Part shown: piece after piece, positions 38,235 to 51,389 of the stretch
How positions within the stretch are numbered: the first letter of the stretch is position 1
Layout: every line of letters starts with the position of its first letter
Assembly (NCBI GenBank): GCA_036785375.1
Contig: JAWMAR010000040.1
Location: forward strand, 7,626,001-7,690,000
Length of the DNA: 64,000 nucleotides
Origin: Leucoraja ocellata
Taxonomy: Eukaryota
Direction: 5' to 3'
Notes under the pieces: generated by a model
The model's database searches: none
What the model was told of the DNA's origin: nothing
The model's input: only the letters and a program-made list of their open reading frames with translations
Translations under genes and position numbers: made by a program

Positions 38235-38595
38235 GAAGTTTAGTTTAGAGAAACAGCATGGAAACTGGCCCTTCGACCTACCAAGTCCACGCCAACAAGC
38301 AATTCCCTGCAAGCTAACACTATCCTACACAAACTAGGCCCAATTTACAGTTTTACTAAGCCAATTAAACTACAAACCTGTACGTCTTTGGAATGTGAGT
38401 TTTACCAAGCCAATTAAACCACAAACCTGTACGTCTTTGGAATGTGGGAGGAAACCGGAGCTCCCGGACAAAAACCCACGCAGGTCACTGGGAGAACAAA
38501 CAAACTCCATACAGACAGTACCTGTAGTCAGTAGAGAACCTGGGTGTCAGGCACTGTAAGACAGCAACTCTACTGCTGCGCCACTGTGCTGCCCG
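38235..38595 (-). mobile_element. V-SINE with internal ~50-bp tandem duplication
   Basis: ttttac(t/c)aagccaattaaac(t/c)acaaacctgtacgtctttggaatgtg is repeated at about 38350 and 38400. tRNA head at 38530-38595. Confidence 0.85.
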
Positions 38596-39049
38596 TCTGC
38601 AGTCATCCTTATTTCTCTTTGCTTCTTGGAACTTCCAAACAATGGATGACCAGAGATGTTCAGATTTCGTCAAAGATAAAAGAAGCATAGGAAGAAATAA
38701 AAATGAGGCAGAGCCTTTGAGAAATATGAAGCAAGAAAGAAAGCTAAGCAAGACAGATCCTGGTGGTCAGGATCAAACCCGGGTGTCTGGTGCTGTAAGG
38801 CAGCAACTCTACTGCTGTTCCAGCGTTCTAGCTTTTAATTGCAAAATTACTGAAGCAATCTGGCCATACACAATATCCCGCACCTTCCTTGACCACCTTC
38901 AAGCATTTGATGCTATCAAATAGACTTCCATCTCCTCCATTATCCTACCCTACTGTTGCCCGTTTTCATTGCAACTTCCCTCTGTGAGCATACTTATCCC
39001 ATATTTTTCTGAACCCTCCATTGACCTACAGTTCATTGTCCTAATTTAC

Positions 39050-40535
39050 CTGGTGCTCAGATGCCCAACAAAATGTAGACGAGGGAAGGTGGGGATTTGG
39101 GGAGGGTGGGAGAGCGAGGTGAAAATCAGCAGTACTGTATCCATCTGGAGGGATAGCGAAAGCAGAACTTCGGGACACCGAAGCGATGTGGGTGAGGGAT
39201 CCATCTATGACAGCAGGTGGAATTAATCTTGGAATTCCCCGATGTCCTAGAATGGAATACCTCATCTTGGAAGTGAATGCAGCAGAGTTGGGGAAATTGA
39301 GAGCAATATCAAGAAAGGGGAGAGCAGTGTCAGAAATAGTCAAGTGAATTTGAGGGCAGGTGGTAAAGTTAGCGAAATCCACAAATTCTGCACGGGTGCA
39401 GTTGTTGGTGTAGTGGAGAAAGAATTGGGGGATGGTGCCTGCGTATGTTTAAAACGAGGACTGTTCAATGTAACTGCCAAAGAGGCATGCATCACTTGGG
39501 CCCATGTGCATGTTCACAGTTACAACTTCAACCTTTAACAAATTCTGCCAAACGGAGGAGAGTGGTAGAGTGAAATGGATGGGGCATCTGTTCATCTGAC
39601 CTTGAGATCTTCCTAGTGGGGGATGTCTGTGTAAAGGGACTGGATGTCCTTGGGGCCAAGAAATTGCAAGTTGTTAAAGGGCATATGAGATGTGTCTGAT
39701 GTAGGTTGAAAGGGACTGTAGGACAGTAGCGTGGAACTGGGGTATTTGGAGATTTACCTCCATGGTTATGTTCCTATATATCCTCTCGCCTCCATCCAGG
39801 GACACCAGCAGTCCTTCCAGCCGAGACAAAGTTTCACATGCACCTAATCTAACATCTACTGCATCTGGTTTTTCCCAATGTGCCCTCCTATATATTGGTG
39901 AGACAAAGTGTAGACTCGGCAACCATTTAACAATATTTGTGCTAGGTCTGCCAGGGACGGTAGGACCTCCGGTTGCTAGCCTCTTAACTCCACTTCCCAT
40001 TTCCATACTGACCTTTCTGTCCTGGGCTGCCTCCATTGCCACACGCAAACTAGAGGAACAACACCTCGTATTCCACTTCAACTCAACAGTAATGCAGCTC
40101 TCTTCCTCTCCTTTCTTTCCCCCATATGGATAGCAGGCACCAAAAGCGTTTAAATGTACCTCGGTATAGTGACGATAAATTGAACTAAACTAAATTTATT
40201 CCTCCCCACACTCTCCCCTGTGGACACGCATCTGTTTCTCCCCTTCCTCTTCCCTTTCCTCCTACATTCCTTCCTCTACCTTCACAATTCACAATGCTTC
40301 AATACTTTTGTCACGCCTTCTGTTTTTTCACCTCTGGCTTTTGTCCAGCCATCTCCCTATCATGTAACCCTTCCTCTTTTCCAGCTTCCCCCCCCCCCCC
40401 CCCCCCACCTTACAATCGGCCTGAAGAAGTCCCAACCCATAACTTTGCTTATCCATGATCTTCTCAGATGCTGCCCGCCTTGCTGGATTACTCCAGCACG
40501 GTCTGTTGCTAACCAGTATCGACAATTCTTTGTTT
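39050..40535. mobile_element. Penelope-like element fragments (inverted RT piece, GIY-YIG and 3' pLTR)
   Basis: Minus strand ISDTALPFLDI. Plus strand ALLYIGETKCRLGNHL...RKLEEQHLVF. Degenerate ctgaagaagtcccaaccc at 40421. Confidence 0.75.
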
Positions 40536-41055
40536 CTACCTCTCACTGTCCAATTTCTATTCTGAATGCGCAGCTTCTGATGTGCCAATGGCAGCTTGTA
40601 TATTTGTTTAAAGCTGTGGTATTGCCAGGTTCAACTATTTAAGTATGTTATTTAACCAAGAAAATGTAATAAATTGAAACCTGATCGACTTGAAACGTGA
40701 CCCCTGCCTTGTTCTTGGTTGGATCAACTTAGAATTCTTATTACTTACTCTGTTTTCATCTCGAGTCAAAACGTGGAAAGCTGCAATGTTTCTGCAGATT
40801 AATTCCTCCCCAGGGTACATTTCATGCACTATTATTCAAACGAGAGAGTTCAATTATCTGTTGAATAACCAGATATTTTAGTTTTAAAGTTTGTTTAAGG
40901 GAATTAATGTCCCAGAGAACTCCTTTATATCACTTACCATGCTTTGTGCTACCCTCACTTCTTTATCAACTTTCTTCTCCCTCCCACAATCTGTCTGAAA
41001 AAGGGCCCTGACTCAAAATGTAGCCTGCCCATGTCTTCCAGGTATGTTACCTGAC

Positions 41056-41151
41056 TGAAGAAGGGTTTCGGCCCGAAACGTTGCCTATTTTCTTCGCTCC
41101 ATAGATGCTGCTGCACCCGCTGAGTTTCTCCAGCAATTTTGTGCACCTTCC
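41056..41151 (+). mobile_element. Young hammerhead mini-element nested in an older copy of the same family
   Basis: Intact motif at 41053-41085, overlapping the TSD edge. Near-perfect TSD atg(t/c)tacctgac at 41044-41055 and 41152-41163. Host copy at about 40990-41180. Confidence 0.85.
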
Positions 41152-42724
41152 ATGCTACCTGACCTGTTGAGTTACTCCACTATTTCTTTCTTGTTTCTGC
41201 ATCTTATTAAACTATCTCTGTTGGGTAGGTTATTTTCAAACCAAGTCACATTTTATCTTCAGCCAGTATGACTTTTTTAGTGAGGCAAACTATTCAATTT
41301 CAGTGGTTGATTATAACACATTAATCAATCTCCCCTATGCAAGCAATAGACCAACTGATCAAGCAGCATATTGGAGAAGCCGTAGTTGATGGAGAATCTA
41401 GATCTGAAATGTTGACCATTCCTCTGTCACCACAGGAAATGTCTGACCCGCTGAGTTCTTCCAGCAATTTAAAAAAAAAAATCCAGATTCCAGCATCTAC
41501 AGACTTGTAATTGGACCTGAGACTTCTTTAGTCAGTATATAGGAATTGCGTACTTTGTAATGAATGTACCTTCACTTGCCTTGGTCACCGACCAAGCATT
41601 TCTTCCAAAAGAGCAATTTGCAGAAATTATGATGTGGTTATCTGTGAAAATAAGTGGCTTTACTGTGCAGCTGATGGGGATTTGGCAGCACATTAGGTTT
41701 TCATCATGGAGTCCAGAGCAGCTGAAGAAATATCACATATTTTCAACCTGACAGCTCGTTCTTATCTGCAATTCAGTTTAAACAAAAAAATATTCCTTTT
41801 CTTGGACTGGCTGTTAAATGGAGTATGAATAGTCTTCAGCTTTCTTTTGGAAATTGGAAGCATTCAAATTTGCATTTAATCTTGCCGTGTTTGTTGGGAA
41901 TATTAACCATCTCTGAAGTTGATAAATATGTAAATAGATGTTTTTAAAAAATCTCGTGAAAATATTAGATTTGTTATCCCTGCTTTTCCATATCTATTAT
42001 TAACAAGATCACAATGTGACGGACCAGAGGCGGAAAGAATACCAGGCAATACGTTTAATTATTGGTATTCTGATGACCTCTGTCAAACTCTCTATCTTGT
42101 AAGTTGTTATTTTTACTTTGGTTAAATGGATTGAATTAAAACCGTTTTGGGAGAAAGGTTACACTATAATTAATAAAAGGCAGGGTGACTCCATGTTCAG
42201 CATGTTTCAAGACATTCCACACTGGCATTTGTTTTTATTTTATTGCTTCTATCCCTGCCCCCATCTGTTCCTGCATTTTTTAACATTTAATTTTTTTTCT
42301 GTGTGGAATATGTCATTCACAAAATATGCCTGAGTGGGTGGATCTCGCTGGCGTGGAGATTAAGTCGATTGCTGTTTATCTTTAAGTGGACAAAAAATTG
42401 GGAAGAGAGGGGGAAAAGACGTATCACTCTTGAGGACTGGAGGACACTGCTAAACATACAGGAAATTAAAAGTGTCAAATTCCAAAAATATCTTGTGATC
42501 CGATTGCAAAACCTTTCACAAAAAATGTGGCTTACCCGCTTGGGTCACTAAAGGGACATGCTCAGTGCTGTTTAGCCAATAACGATTGGAATCTAGGGGG
42601 TGGAAGGTCAAAGAGAGTGCAGTGGCTACCAAATTTGTTCATCCATTCAGTGACTTGTATCTGTCATCCAGGTCACTATGAAAAATGTATAAAATCATAT
42701 TTCCCAGTAAGCTGTTCTTGCAGA

Positions 42725-42800
42725 ACATACACAATGCTGGAGTAACTCAGCGGGACAGGCAACATCTCTGGAAAGAAGGAATGAGTGACATTTTGGGAGC
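42725..42800 (-). mobile_element. Penelope pLTR mini-element remnant
   Basis: atgctggagtaactcagcgggacaggcaacatctctgg matches the family body; hammerhead end degraded. Confidence 0.7.
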
Positions 42801-43670
42801 CAGTTATTAAAAATAAATTAAAAGAAATCAAATCTGAAATAAAACTAAATGCTGTAAACACTTGACAAGTTAAGCAGCATCTGTGGAGAGAGTAATGCAA
42901 TGTTTTGGTCAACAGCTGAAAGTGAAGTTGGTTTTGAGTTGTAGTAAGAGTGAGGTGGAGAGGATATAGGAAATATCTTTGACTTGGTGATGCCAATGTC
43001 ACTGGGATGTTTACAGAGCTGCATGGGTGATGGTTTGGTGGATGTTGGAAAGGGAAAGCAAATGAGAATGCTACAAATGCTCAACACAACACCAATGCAT
43101 TTCTCTCTGTGGAGAAAGAAATGAAAACAAATTGAGTTTCTATTGATGATGAATAACGTTGCAGCAGAACGGACCAGTTCACAACCACAGTACACTGAAA
43201 TGGCTAAATGTCTTTCTCTCCATCCTGGCTACTGTTTGGAGGCTGTTTTACCCTTGCAGTATTTTTAAACTCTACCCACAAGGATTCTACATCTTCTGCT
43301 CCTCTGTCATTTCTTGCTAATGGTTTGAATTTTATTCTTTACCAGCAGGGCCATCCTGCCTGTCTTTTTTTAGTCTCAGTAGCTAATCGTATTCTTTAGT
43401 TTTAAGGATGGTATTGTTCCAAGAGAGACGCCAATGACTCCTCTTCCCTGCTCAACCTCTTCTTTGCGAAGCTCCTCTTCCTCATTTCCCATCTCCCATT
43501 CCCTTTATTCTCCTTCTCAAAGAAAATTTACTTCCCTTTGATCAATAATTCAAGAAGCAAAATAAAACTGCTGATATAAAAGATGTTTGAGGCCAAATTT
43601 GGACTGAAGATAGGCATAAAAAGCTGGAGTAACTTGGCGTGACAGGCAGTATCTCTGGATAGAATGAATT

Positions 43671-43704
43671 GGTGACGTTTCGAGTCGAGACCCTTCTTCA
43701 GACT
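43671..43704 (-). ncRNA. Minimal hammerhead motif, GUC-triplet variant
   Basis: Reverse complement reads AGU-CUGAAGA-A-GGGU(CUCG)ACUC-GAAACGUC-ACC. Confidence 0.6.
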
Positions 43705-43972
43705 ATTGTGTTTAAGAAGGAACTGCAGATGCTGGAAAATCGAAGGTACACAAAAATGCTGGAGAAACTCAGCAGGTGCAGCAGCATCTATGGAGCGAAG
43801 GAAATGGGCAACGTTTCGGGCTGTCTGAAGAAGGGTTTCGGCCCAAAACGTTGCCTATTTCCTTCGCTCCATAAATGCTGCTGCACCCGCTGAGTTTCTC
43901 CAGCATTTTTGTGTACCCTTCTCCAGACTAGTTAGGGATAAAGGAAATGAGCGATATAGACGATGATATAGA

Positions 43973-44199
43973 CAAGGGTTCCCAACCTGGGGTAGATTTA
44001 CCCCCAGGGGGTACATTTCACCTACCCAGGGGTAAATTAGTTGATTCTGGATTTGTGCATTTTTTTCTCATTGACTGACTGTTTGGTTCTGGTATACCGG
44101 TATCTGTTCATCATTAGTTCATAAATAAGTGAAATAACATTGTTATGTGGTATTAAAGTTACCAGGGTTAAATGGGACGAAAAAGGTTGGGAACCTCTG
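43973..44199. mobile_element. hAT (Charlie-like) MITE
   Basis: TIRs caagggttcccaacct / aggttgggaacctctg, with flanks resembling NTNTAGAN target duplications. Confidence 0.8.
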
Positions 44200-44409
44200 A
44201 TGTAGAATATATCTCTCTACATCATCATCTATATCTCGTTTCTCTTATCCCGAACCTGTCTGCAGAAGGTTCTCGACCCAAAATGTCACCCATGCCTTCT
44301 CTCCAGATGCTGCCTGTCCTGCTGAGTTAATCCAGCTTTTTTGTGTCTATCTTCAGTTTAAACCAGCATCTGCAGTTTTTTTTTCCTCCACATTTGAACT
44401 ATTGTGTTA

Positions 44410-44935
44410 ATTTTTGTCACCTTGCTATAGGAAAGCTGTTTTTAAGCTGGAAAAAAGTACAGAGATGATTTACGAGGCTGCTGCTAGGTCTTGAGCATCT
44501 GAGCTATCAGAAGAAGCTGGGCAAGTCGAGATTTTATTTCTTGAAGCACAGGAGGCCGAGGGATGATCTTAAGGAGATGTATAAAGTCATGATGGGAGTT
44601 GATCGGGTGAATGCAGTCTTTTACCCAGAGTGGGAGAATCAAAAACCTGAGGACATGGGTTTAAGATGAGGTGAAAGATTTAATAGGAACCTGAGGGCCA
44701 ACGTTTTCCACACAGGAGGTGGTGGGTATATGGAATGAGCTGCCAGAAGGGCTAATTGAGGCAGATACTTTGTTAAAGTTACAAATTTTAGAGCTTAAAA
44801 GATGGGTCCATGTATAGGAAAGCTTTAAAGGGATGTGGACCAAATGCAAGGAGGTGGGAGTCATGCAGAAGGGGTATTTCGGTTGGCATAGGCAAGTTGG
44901 GCCAAAGGGCCTGTTTCCATGCTCTGTGACTGACT
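44410..44935 (+). mobile_element. CR1 3' fragment
   Basis: PCYRKAVFKLEK..FTRLL.GL..LSY, RGHGF and 3' UTR gggcctgtttccatgctctgtgac. Confidence 0.8.
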
Positions 44936-45089
44936 TGATGCTGGAAATCTGATATTAAAAATAAAATGCTAGGAATATATTAGGCATCATCTGTGGGGAG
45001 AAAGCATATTAAGATCAATAGCCCTTTTGTTTCATGTTCCAATATTATTAAAAATATTCATTCAAGGGAGGTGAAATTTGATTCCTAAT

Positions 45090-45490
45090 TGCTTTGAGAG
45101 AAGGTGGTGGTGGTCTACTGCCTGAACCACTGCAGGTGTGGGTATATCCATAAATTTGTTCCAGATTTGTTCTGGAACAAATTCTGAGTTCCAGAATTTG
45201 ACCCAGCAAGGAATGGCGATATATTTTCAAGTTAGGGTGGTGTGTGGCTTGGAGGGCAATTTCCAGGTGGTGCTGGTGTGCCCATACTTTTGCTACCCTT
45301 GCCTTCTACCTGCTAGACGTCAAGGGTTTGGAGGATTTTGTCCAAGGGATCTTGGCACGTTGCTGTAGTGCATTCTGTAGGTGGTACAAACTGCAGCTAC
45401 TGCGCTTTGCTGGTGGAGTGAGTGAATATTTGTGGCTCGGGTGCCCATCAAGTGAACTGCTATGTCCCATATGGTGTTGTGCTTTTTGAC
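45090..45490 (-). mobile_element. Decayed L2/CR1-group LINE 3' fragment
   Basis: Reverse strand resembles chondrichthyan L2-like 3' ends (gctgggtcaaattctggaactc...gcagtggttcaggcagtagaccaccacc). Family assignment is from memory only. Confidence 0.5.
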
Positions 45491-47334
45491 AGCCCTTAAT
45501 AATGAATTTCCCTAAATGTTAACATTAATAATAGAAGGAAGGCAACCTGTGAAAATAGATGTTTTAGTATGAGTAACCTTTTTATTGTACTCCACAACAC
45601 AATTCCAACCATTGGGATGACTGTATTCCTTGAATTCTTTGCCTCTTCTGTTTTGACCTTAAACTCCAACGCTGGAGCAAACAACTTCAGTGGTAGCCGG
45701 AAAAACATCATCTTTCAATTAGGCATTTTATAGGTTTCCGGACTCTAGTTTGAATCCAACAATGTTGGATCAGAATCTCTGCTTTTATAGGGATAGCATT
45801 TTCAAGTATTGTCATTTTCAGTTCCTTTCAGACCTAAAATCTGCTGTTTTTATTTTTGTATTTCGTAAAGTGATTTCTAGAGCAGCATGTGAGTTAATCT
45901 GCATTTTGATTATTCTTTCCACCTTGATAAAATCATAAGGAGAACAGGTGTTGAACGTTTCTCTTTCCATCTCCCCCCCCCCCCCCCCCCCCCCCCCCCA
46001 AACCTTCTCCACCATTTGATAAGAGCATAGATAATCCAACTTCCTTGTCCACCTTCACACGTTATCTCCATAATCCCAATTCCCTTCCAATTTAAACATC
46101 CATCTCTTGTAGCATTGAATATATTCAAGGATTTGGTTTCAAACTCACTGGGGCAATGAATTCCAAAATCTTGCCACTGTTTGAGAGATTAAATTCTTCC
46201 TCACCAGTTGTGAATGGATGCTGCTGCCTTCTGAAACTATGCTGCCTTCAGGTCCTCCATTCTTCTGGTGTTCACCCTGCCAAGACCAAACTCCAACCAG
46301 TGCAGATCCAATTTATTCAACATTCCAACTTCCATACCAGGTCATTCTCATGAATCTTCTTTGAACTGAGATAATGTGCCTCTTATTAAATTACAGATAC
46401 TGAGAACTGTTAATCAAGCAGCCGAGAAATCTTAACTTTTCAGGGCAAAGACCTCTCATTTGAACTGAGAAAGAAAACAATTTAGTCTAGAGACAAGACA
46501 AGAGACAAGAGACATTTATTGTCACATGTACCAATTACAGTGAAATTTGTGGCAGAGAAGGCATTGGAGGGTAATAGGAGCAGCCAAAGGAAAGTCTGTG
46601 ATAGGGTAAAATGATGTCATCATTGAGTAGAGTTAAGCTTCCTTGTGTAATGTTATTTTGAAGAGCCCCTATCCTGCACCAATTACCACCCCTCCGTTTC
46701 CAATTACCTACTATTCTAATTCACCACCCCATTCCCTCTGACCTTTACACGTATGGCTTTTGCACTTACAACCTGGCCCACAGTAACCTCACTATGTTCT
46801 GGGGCGTGTTACATCCTGCAAGACCCAACATTGAATTATTTTACTAACTTATTCTGTTTGTATCAGAACCAGCTGCTTGTACTTGCCTTTCCCCTCTGCC
46901 TCCATTTATATATTCTGGACTGCTCGGCATGTCCCAGTAGACCACATGATACAACATTAGTAATCATTACTTGGACAAAGTTACTTAATTATCCATTCAG
47001 TGGTTATATAATTTCACCCTATTACACACTTTCTCCTCTCTCTCCTGCCCAGTTAATTAGACCAGATTGCTTTCTCTTTTCAGTTCTGATGAAGGGTCCT
47101 CAACCTGACATGCTAACGAGTTACTCTTTCCACAGATGTTGCTTGTCTGTCTGATTTCTTCCAGCATTTTGTTTTAGTTGGCCTAGAAATAAAAAAAAAC
47201 AGGTTTGGGCTTCCTGATCGTTTGCTGTGTGTTCTATGTATCTTTGTTTTATGTGCAAGATTCTCCAAATCCCTTTGTGCTGTAACTAGCTACAGCTTTT
47301 ATCCATTTAAATAATTTGTTTCCATGATAAATAA

Positions 47335-47560
47335 TGCCCCTGTCCCACTTAGGAAACCTGAATGGAAACCTCTGGAGACTTTGCGCCCCACCCAAGGTTT
47401 CCGTGAGGTTCCCAGAGGTGTTTGTCAGTCTCCCTGCCTACTTCCACTACCTGCAACCTCCGACAACCACCTGCAACCTCCGGGAACCGCATGGAAACCT
47501 TGAGTGGGGCGCAAAGTCTCCAGAGGTTTCCGTTCAGGTTTCCTAAGTGGGACAGGGGCA
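47335..47560. mobile_element. PIF/Harbinger MITE
   Basis: Nearly perfect long TIRs tgcccctgtcccacttaggaaacctgaa, with TAA TSD at 47332-47334 and 47561-47563. Confidence 0.93.
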
Positions 47561-47834
47561 TAACTTTACATTTTCCCATGTTATACCCCATTTACCTTTT
47601 TTTTAATTGTGTTTTTTTTGCACATTCATTTAACCTATAAACCTCTCTGTGAACTATGTCTTGCACAGCTTGCTTTTCCTCTACTTTTCTATCATCTACA
47701 AATTTAGCTTCACATTTATTTTCTGCCTCTAAATCATGAACATGTTGTGTGCAACTGCAGACTTAGATTCAATCCCTGCAACACTTCAATGGTTGCAGAT
47801 TGCCAATGTGAAAATAAGCTCCTTATATGTACTA

Positions 47835-48170
47835 AAGATAAACACGAGAAGCTAGAGTAACTCAGCAGGTTAGGCAGCATCTCTGGAAAAAAGGAATAGG
47901 TAATGTTTCAGGTCGAGACCCATTCTTCAGACTGAGAGTCAAGGGAAAGGGAAATGAGAGATATAGACAGTGATGTAGAGAGATGTAGAACAAATTAATG
48001 AAAGATGTGCAAAAATGAACAATTATCAAGGAAAGGTGGAGCCCACAAATGATCTATTGTTGGTTGTGGTCTAAGTGATAATGAGTTATTCAGACAGTGA
48101 AACTCAACAGAACGACAGTGAAACTAGTATGATGACTAAGGTAGGGGAGGGACGGAGAGAGAGGGGGACA
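47835..48170 (-). mobile_element. Penelope-like 3' pLTR fragment with degenerate hammerhead
   Basis: gcagcatctctgg...tgtttcaggtcgagacccattcttcagact followed by the PLE 3' UTR; reverse complement of the 52700-53005 type. Confidence 0.75.
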
Positions 48171-49264
48171 CATGCGCCTCCTTATCCCTACTGTTACCTA
48201 TGTTAATATTGTAGCCAACATCATGAACTTTTCACTTGCAAAGTTATTTTTCATAATTCAAATACTCTATCCACTTTGATAGATGTTTCCTCCAAATAAA
48301 TTTATCAGACATTATTTTCCTTCAAGAAGCAGTGTTAACTATGGTTGCTTAAATTGACTTTCCTGATGAACTGCTTGTGTCACCTTAAGTGATTTTAACC
48401 ACACTCCCGTAATGGATATTAAGCTAATCAGTTTTTGCCTCCATTTATGAATAAGGTCATCGTGTTAGCAGTTTTCCTAACCATTGGTACCAATTTGAAA
48501 GATTCCACCCTGTGCATCTGATACCTCTGTAGCTGCTTCTTTTGGGAACCTAAGATTCAAGCCATCAGATCTAGGGAACTTGGGTGACTTATCAGTCATT
48601 GGCACTATTAGTTTGTCCTATACTATTTCTCTAGTGATCATAATAGCATTTCATTCCTCTCCCACCTTTTTTAAGTATTAATGGGATTTATGTTGTACCT
48701 CCTACCATGAAGACTGATGCAAATGTCTCTCTAATTCCTCTGCCAATTGTTTAATATTTATACCATTTCCTCTTCAGAAATGGCTTCAGATCAGCCACGA
48801 TCACATTGAATGGCGGTGCTGGCTTGAAGGGCCGTATGGCCTGATCCTGCACCTATTGTCTATTAAAACAGTCTTCCTCCCACTCAAACTTTCTCATCAA
48901 CCCTCTCCTTTTCCCTCTATCTTTAAGCCAACTGCGCTTAAAACTATTGCCAACTTATTTTGCAAACACTGGAAATCTGACATAAGAACAGGCATGAAAT
49001 AATCATCAGTCTATGTGGCATTGTGCGCGATAGAAACAGATGATGTTTCCGATGTTAACATTGTATTGGAACTCTAAAGGTGCTGCCTAACCTCCTGAAT
49101 AATTCCACCATTTCTTCCTTTTTGTTTCCTTTTTGCTCCAATGTGTTATATCTCTGTCTGTGGCAATCTTTCCCTCGGCTCATTATGGAACACATTAAAT
49201 CTAGTTTACCATCACAGTTTGGTTTGGTTTAACTCCATTTATTTCTCACACTGCCTTGGTAAAG

Positions 49265-50010
49265 GTAAGTCGCACCCTGACCACTTCCTCTTCTCCCCTC
49301 TCTGGTGAAAACTCGCACCTCCCGATTCAGGGACAGTTTCTTCCCAGCTGTTATCAGGCAACTGAATCATCCTACCACAACCAGAGAGTAGTCCTGAACT
49401 ACTCCACCTCATTCGTGACCCTCAGACTATCTTTGATCGGACTTTACTGCCTTTATCTTGCACTAAACATTATTACCTTAATCGTTTATCTATACACTGC
49501 AAATTGTTCGACTGTAATCATGCATTGTCTTTCTGCTGACTGGTTGGCATGCAATAAAAGCTTTTTGTGTGACAAACTAAACTGAACAGCTCTGCCGAAG
49601 CCCTGTCCATCACATGGACCAGACTTCCCATTATTGACCCAATCTATTTTTCACACTGCCTCGGAAATGCAGCCAACATAATCAAAGACTTGTCCCACCT
49701 TGGTAATTTCTTCTCCCTGCTCCTGTCTGGTAGAAAGTACGAAAGCTTGAAAGTGCGCCCCCTCAGACTCTGAAACAGCTTCTTCCCCTCTGTTAGTAGG
49801 CTACCCTTTGCTATCGGGCTTCCTTCCATAGGTTAGGGTATTGTTCCATTCACCCCTACCCCAAGAAGAACATTGCACTTTGCTCTATCTATTGGACTTG
49901 AATTTGAACTGCTTGTATCTGTGCATGATATATTAATCTGTTTTGATAGCTTGCAAAAAAAGCTTTTTGTTGTACCTCGGTGTATGTGACAATAATAAAT
50001 CTAAACCTTA
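49265..50010 (+). mobile_element. Two decayed Rex1/Babar 3' ends in tandem
   Basis: Two SFFP/NSFFP-like ends, followed by tails gtgacaaactaaactgaa and gtgacaataataaa. Confidence 0.7.
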
Positions 50011-50475
50011 ACACTTACAGCCTTGTTTTCAAATACTTCTACTGTCTCACTACTGCTACTTGCATAAACTCCCCAATAGCTGAAATTCTCCAATTCTCGT
50101 CTTTTGTGTTGTCTAATTGTTTCTCCAGTGGTGCCAGTATTTTCCAATTGCTTAAGTTAAGTCCCAAACTTTGGTTTTCTCTCCCTATGTTTCTCCATCC
50201 CTCAGTTATTTTAATATATCACTTAATGTATCAATTGGACAAAGCTTTTGGCTATCATTTTGAGGTTTGGTGTTACATTTTGCTTGATGTTCTGTTGAGG
50301 CACTTTATGGTGATGAACCATTTAAAAAAAGTGATAAATGAGTTGTTGATTCTTATTCACACTGTATTCAATTGCTGTGGAGAAGTGAATGCAGCTGGGT
50401 TTATTTCTCAAAAGGCAAATCTTGCACCCAATAAGTTGAGGCATTCTATTTTTTCTTATTAATCAACACATGCCT

Positions 50476-50537
50476 AGAAGTAGAGTGGCTGTTTGACAAT
50501 TGATGCTGCACAATTGTTCAACAGCCACACTATTTCT
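50476..50537. ncRNA. Pre-miRNA-like hairpin (unassigned)
   Basis: 27-nt arms with 25 of 27 positions pairing (including 2 G-U) and an 8-nt loop, in unique sequence. Confidence 0.3.
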
Positions 50538-50849
50538 GTTCACTTCCAGCATTTCAATGCAGCATTCAGAGGGCTGTGCTGAGGCCACAACTACTTGTGG
50601 TATTTATAAGCAACAATAATGGCTTGGAAAACTATGCATCCAAGACACAAAGGCTGCCAGCACCGAAAACCTGTAAAATATGGAAGTGTTGAAATGAAAT
50701 CTGGCATAAAGAAATGAAGCAAGTGGACATAACATTGGTAAAGTGATTTAAAGGTTCAATAAGGTGAATTTCTTAATGGTGTAAAGGTAGCTGCATTGTC
50801 CGTGTTTATGAATCATTAAAATATAGACGGCCTCAGGAAAAGCCTAGGG

Positions 50850-50978
50850 AAAGAACTGCAGATGCTGGTTTAAATCGAAGATAGACACAAAATGCTGGAG
50901 TAACTCAGTGGGACAGGCAGCATCTCTGGAGAGAAGCAATGGGTGATGTTTCAGGGTTGGGACCTTTCTTCAGACTGA
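50850..50978 (-). mobile_element. Penelope pLTR mini-element, degenerate hammerhead
   Basis: aagaactgcagatgctggtttaaatcgaag...gggtgatgtttcagggttgggacctttcttcagact. Confidence 0.8.
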
Positions 50979-51389
50979 TGAAAAGTTTGGTTTTAGAAGA
51001 CTAGCTCAAAATTGGAGGAAGCTTATTGATTTTTCCAGCCATACAATGCTCTATCTGTGCATGGACGTGTGTTCAATTATGGGGCCACGCCCTAAGAAAT
51101 GTTTGTTTATCTTCTAGAGAATGCAACGTGATTATACTGGAATGCTAATTGGAAAACTGAAAATACAGTTTTTTCTCTCTTTACACGTGTTGCCTGGCCT
51201 CTATAGCATTTTCTGATTTTAAACCTGGATATTACATAGATTCCAAAGATTAAATTATGAGAACACAAAAGTGTTGCTTTTGTTTAATTTAAAAGGTGAT
51301 TAGAAATGGTCACCAATAGGAAAGAGATTCAAAGTACTGTTGGTTGAGGAATCTAGATACATGGACCACAGTTTAAAAATAACCGGCCC

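Larger units (their letters stand above)
43605..44390. mobile_element. Palindromic Penelope pLTR composite hosting a younger palindromic copy and a hAT MITE
   Basis: Outer arms at 43605-43704(-) and about 44205-44390(+). Inner inverted pair 43706-43914 has TSD acccttct(t/c)cagacta at 43690-43705 and 43915-43930. Confidence 0.8.

Noticed and set aside
45974-45999. Long poly-C/poly-G tracts (also 15848, 22988, 34271, 36908, 40387, 56115) as functional G-quadruplexes
   Set aside because: Mostly homopolymer expansions inside repeats, and length is unreliable in assemblies
49980-50462. 160-aa hydrophobic ORF
   Set aside because: Starts in a Rex1 tail at a non-ATG codon, has AT-rich low-information composition and no recognisable motif
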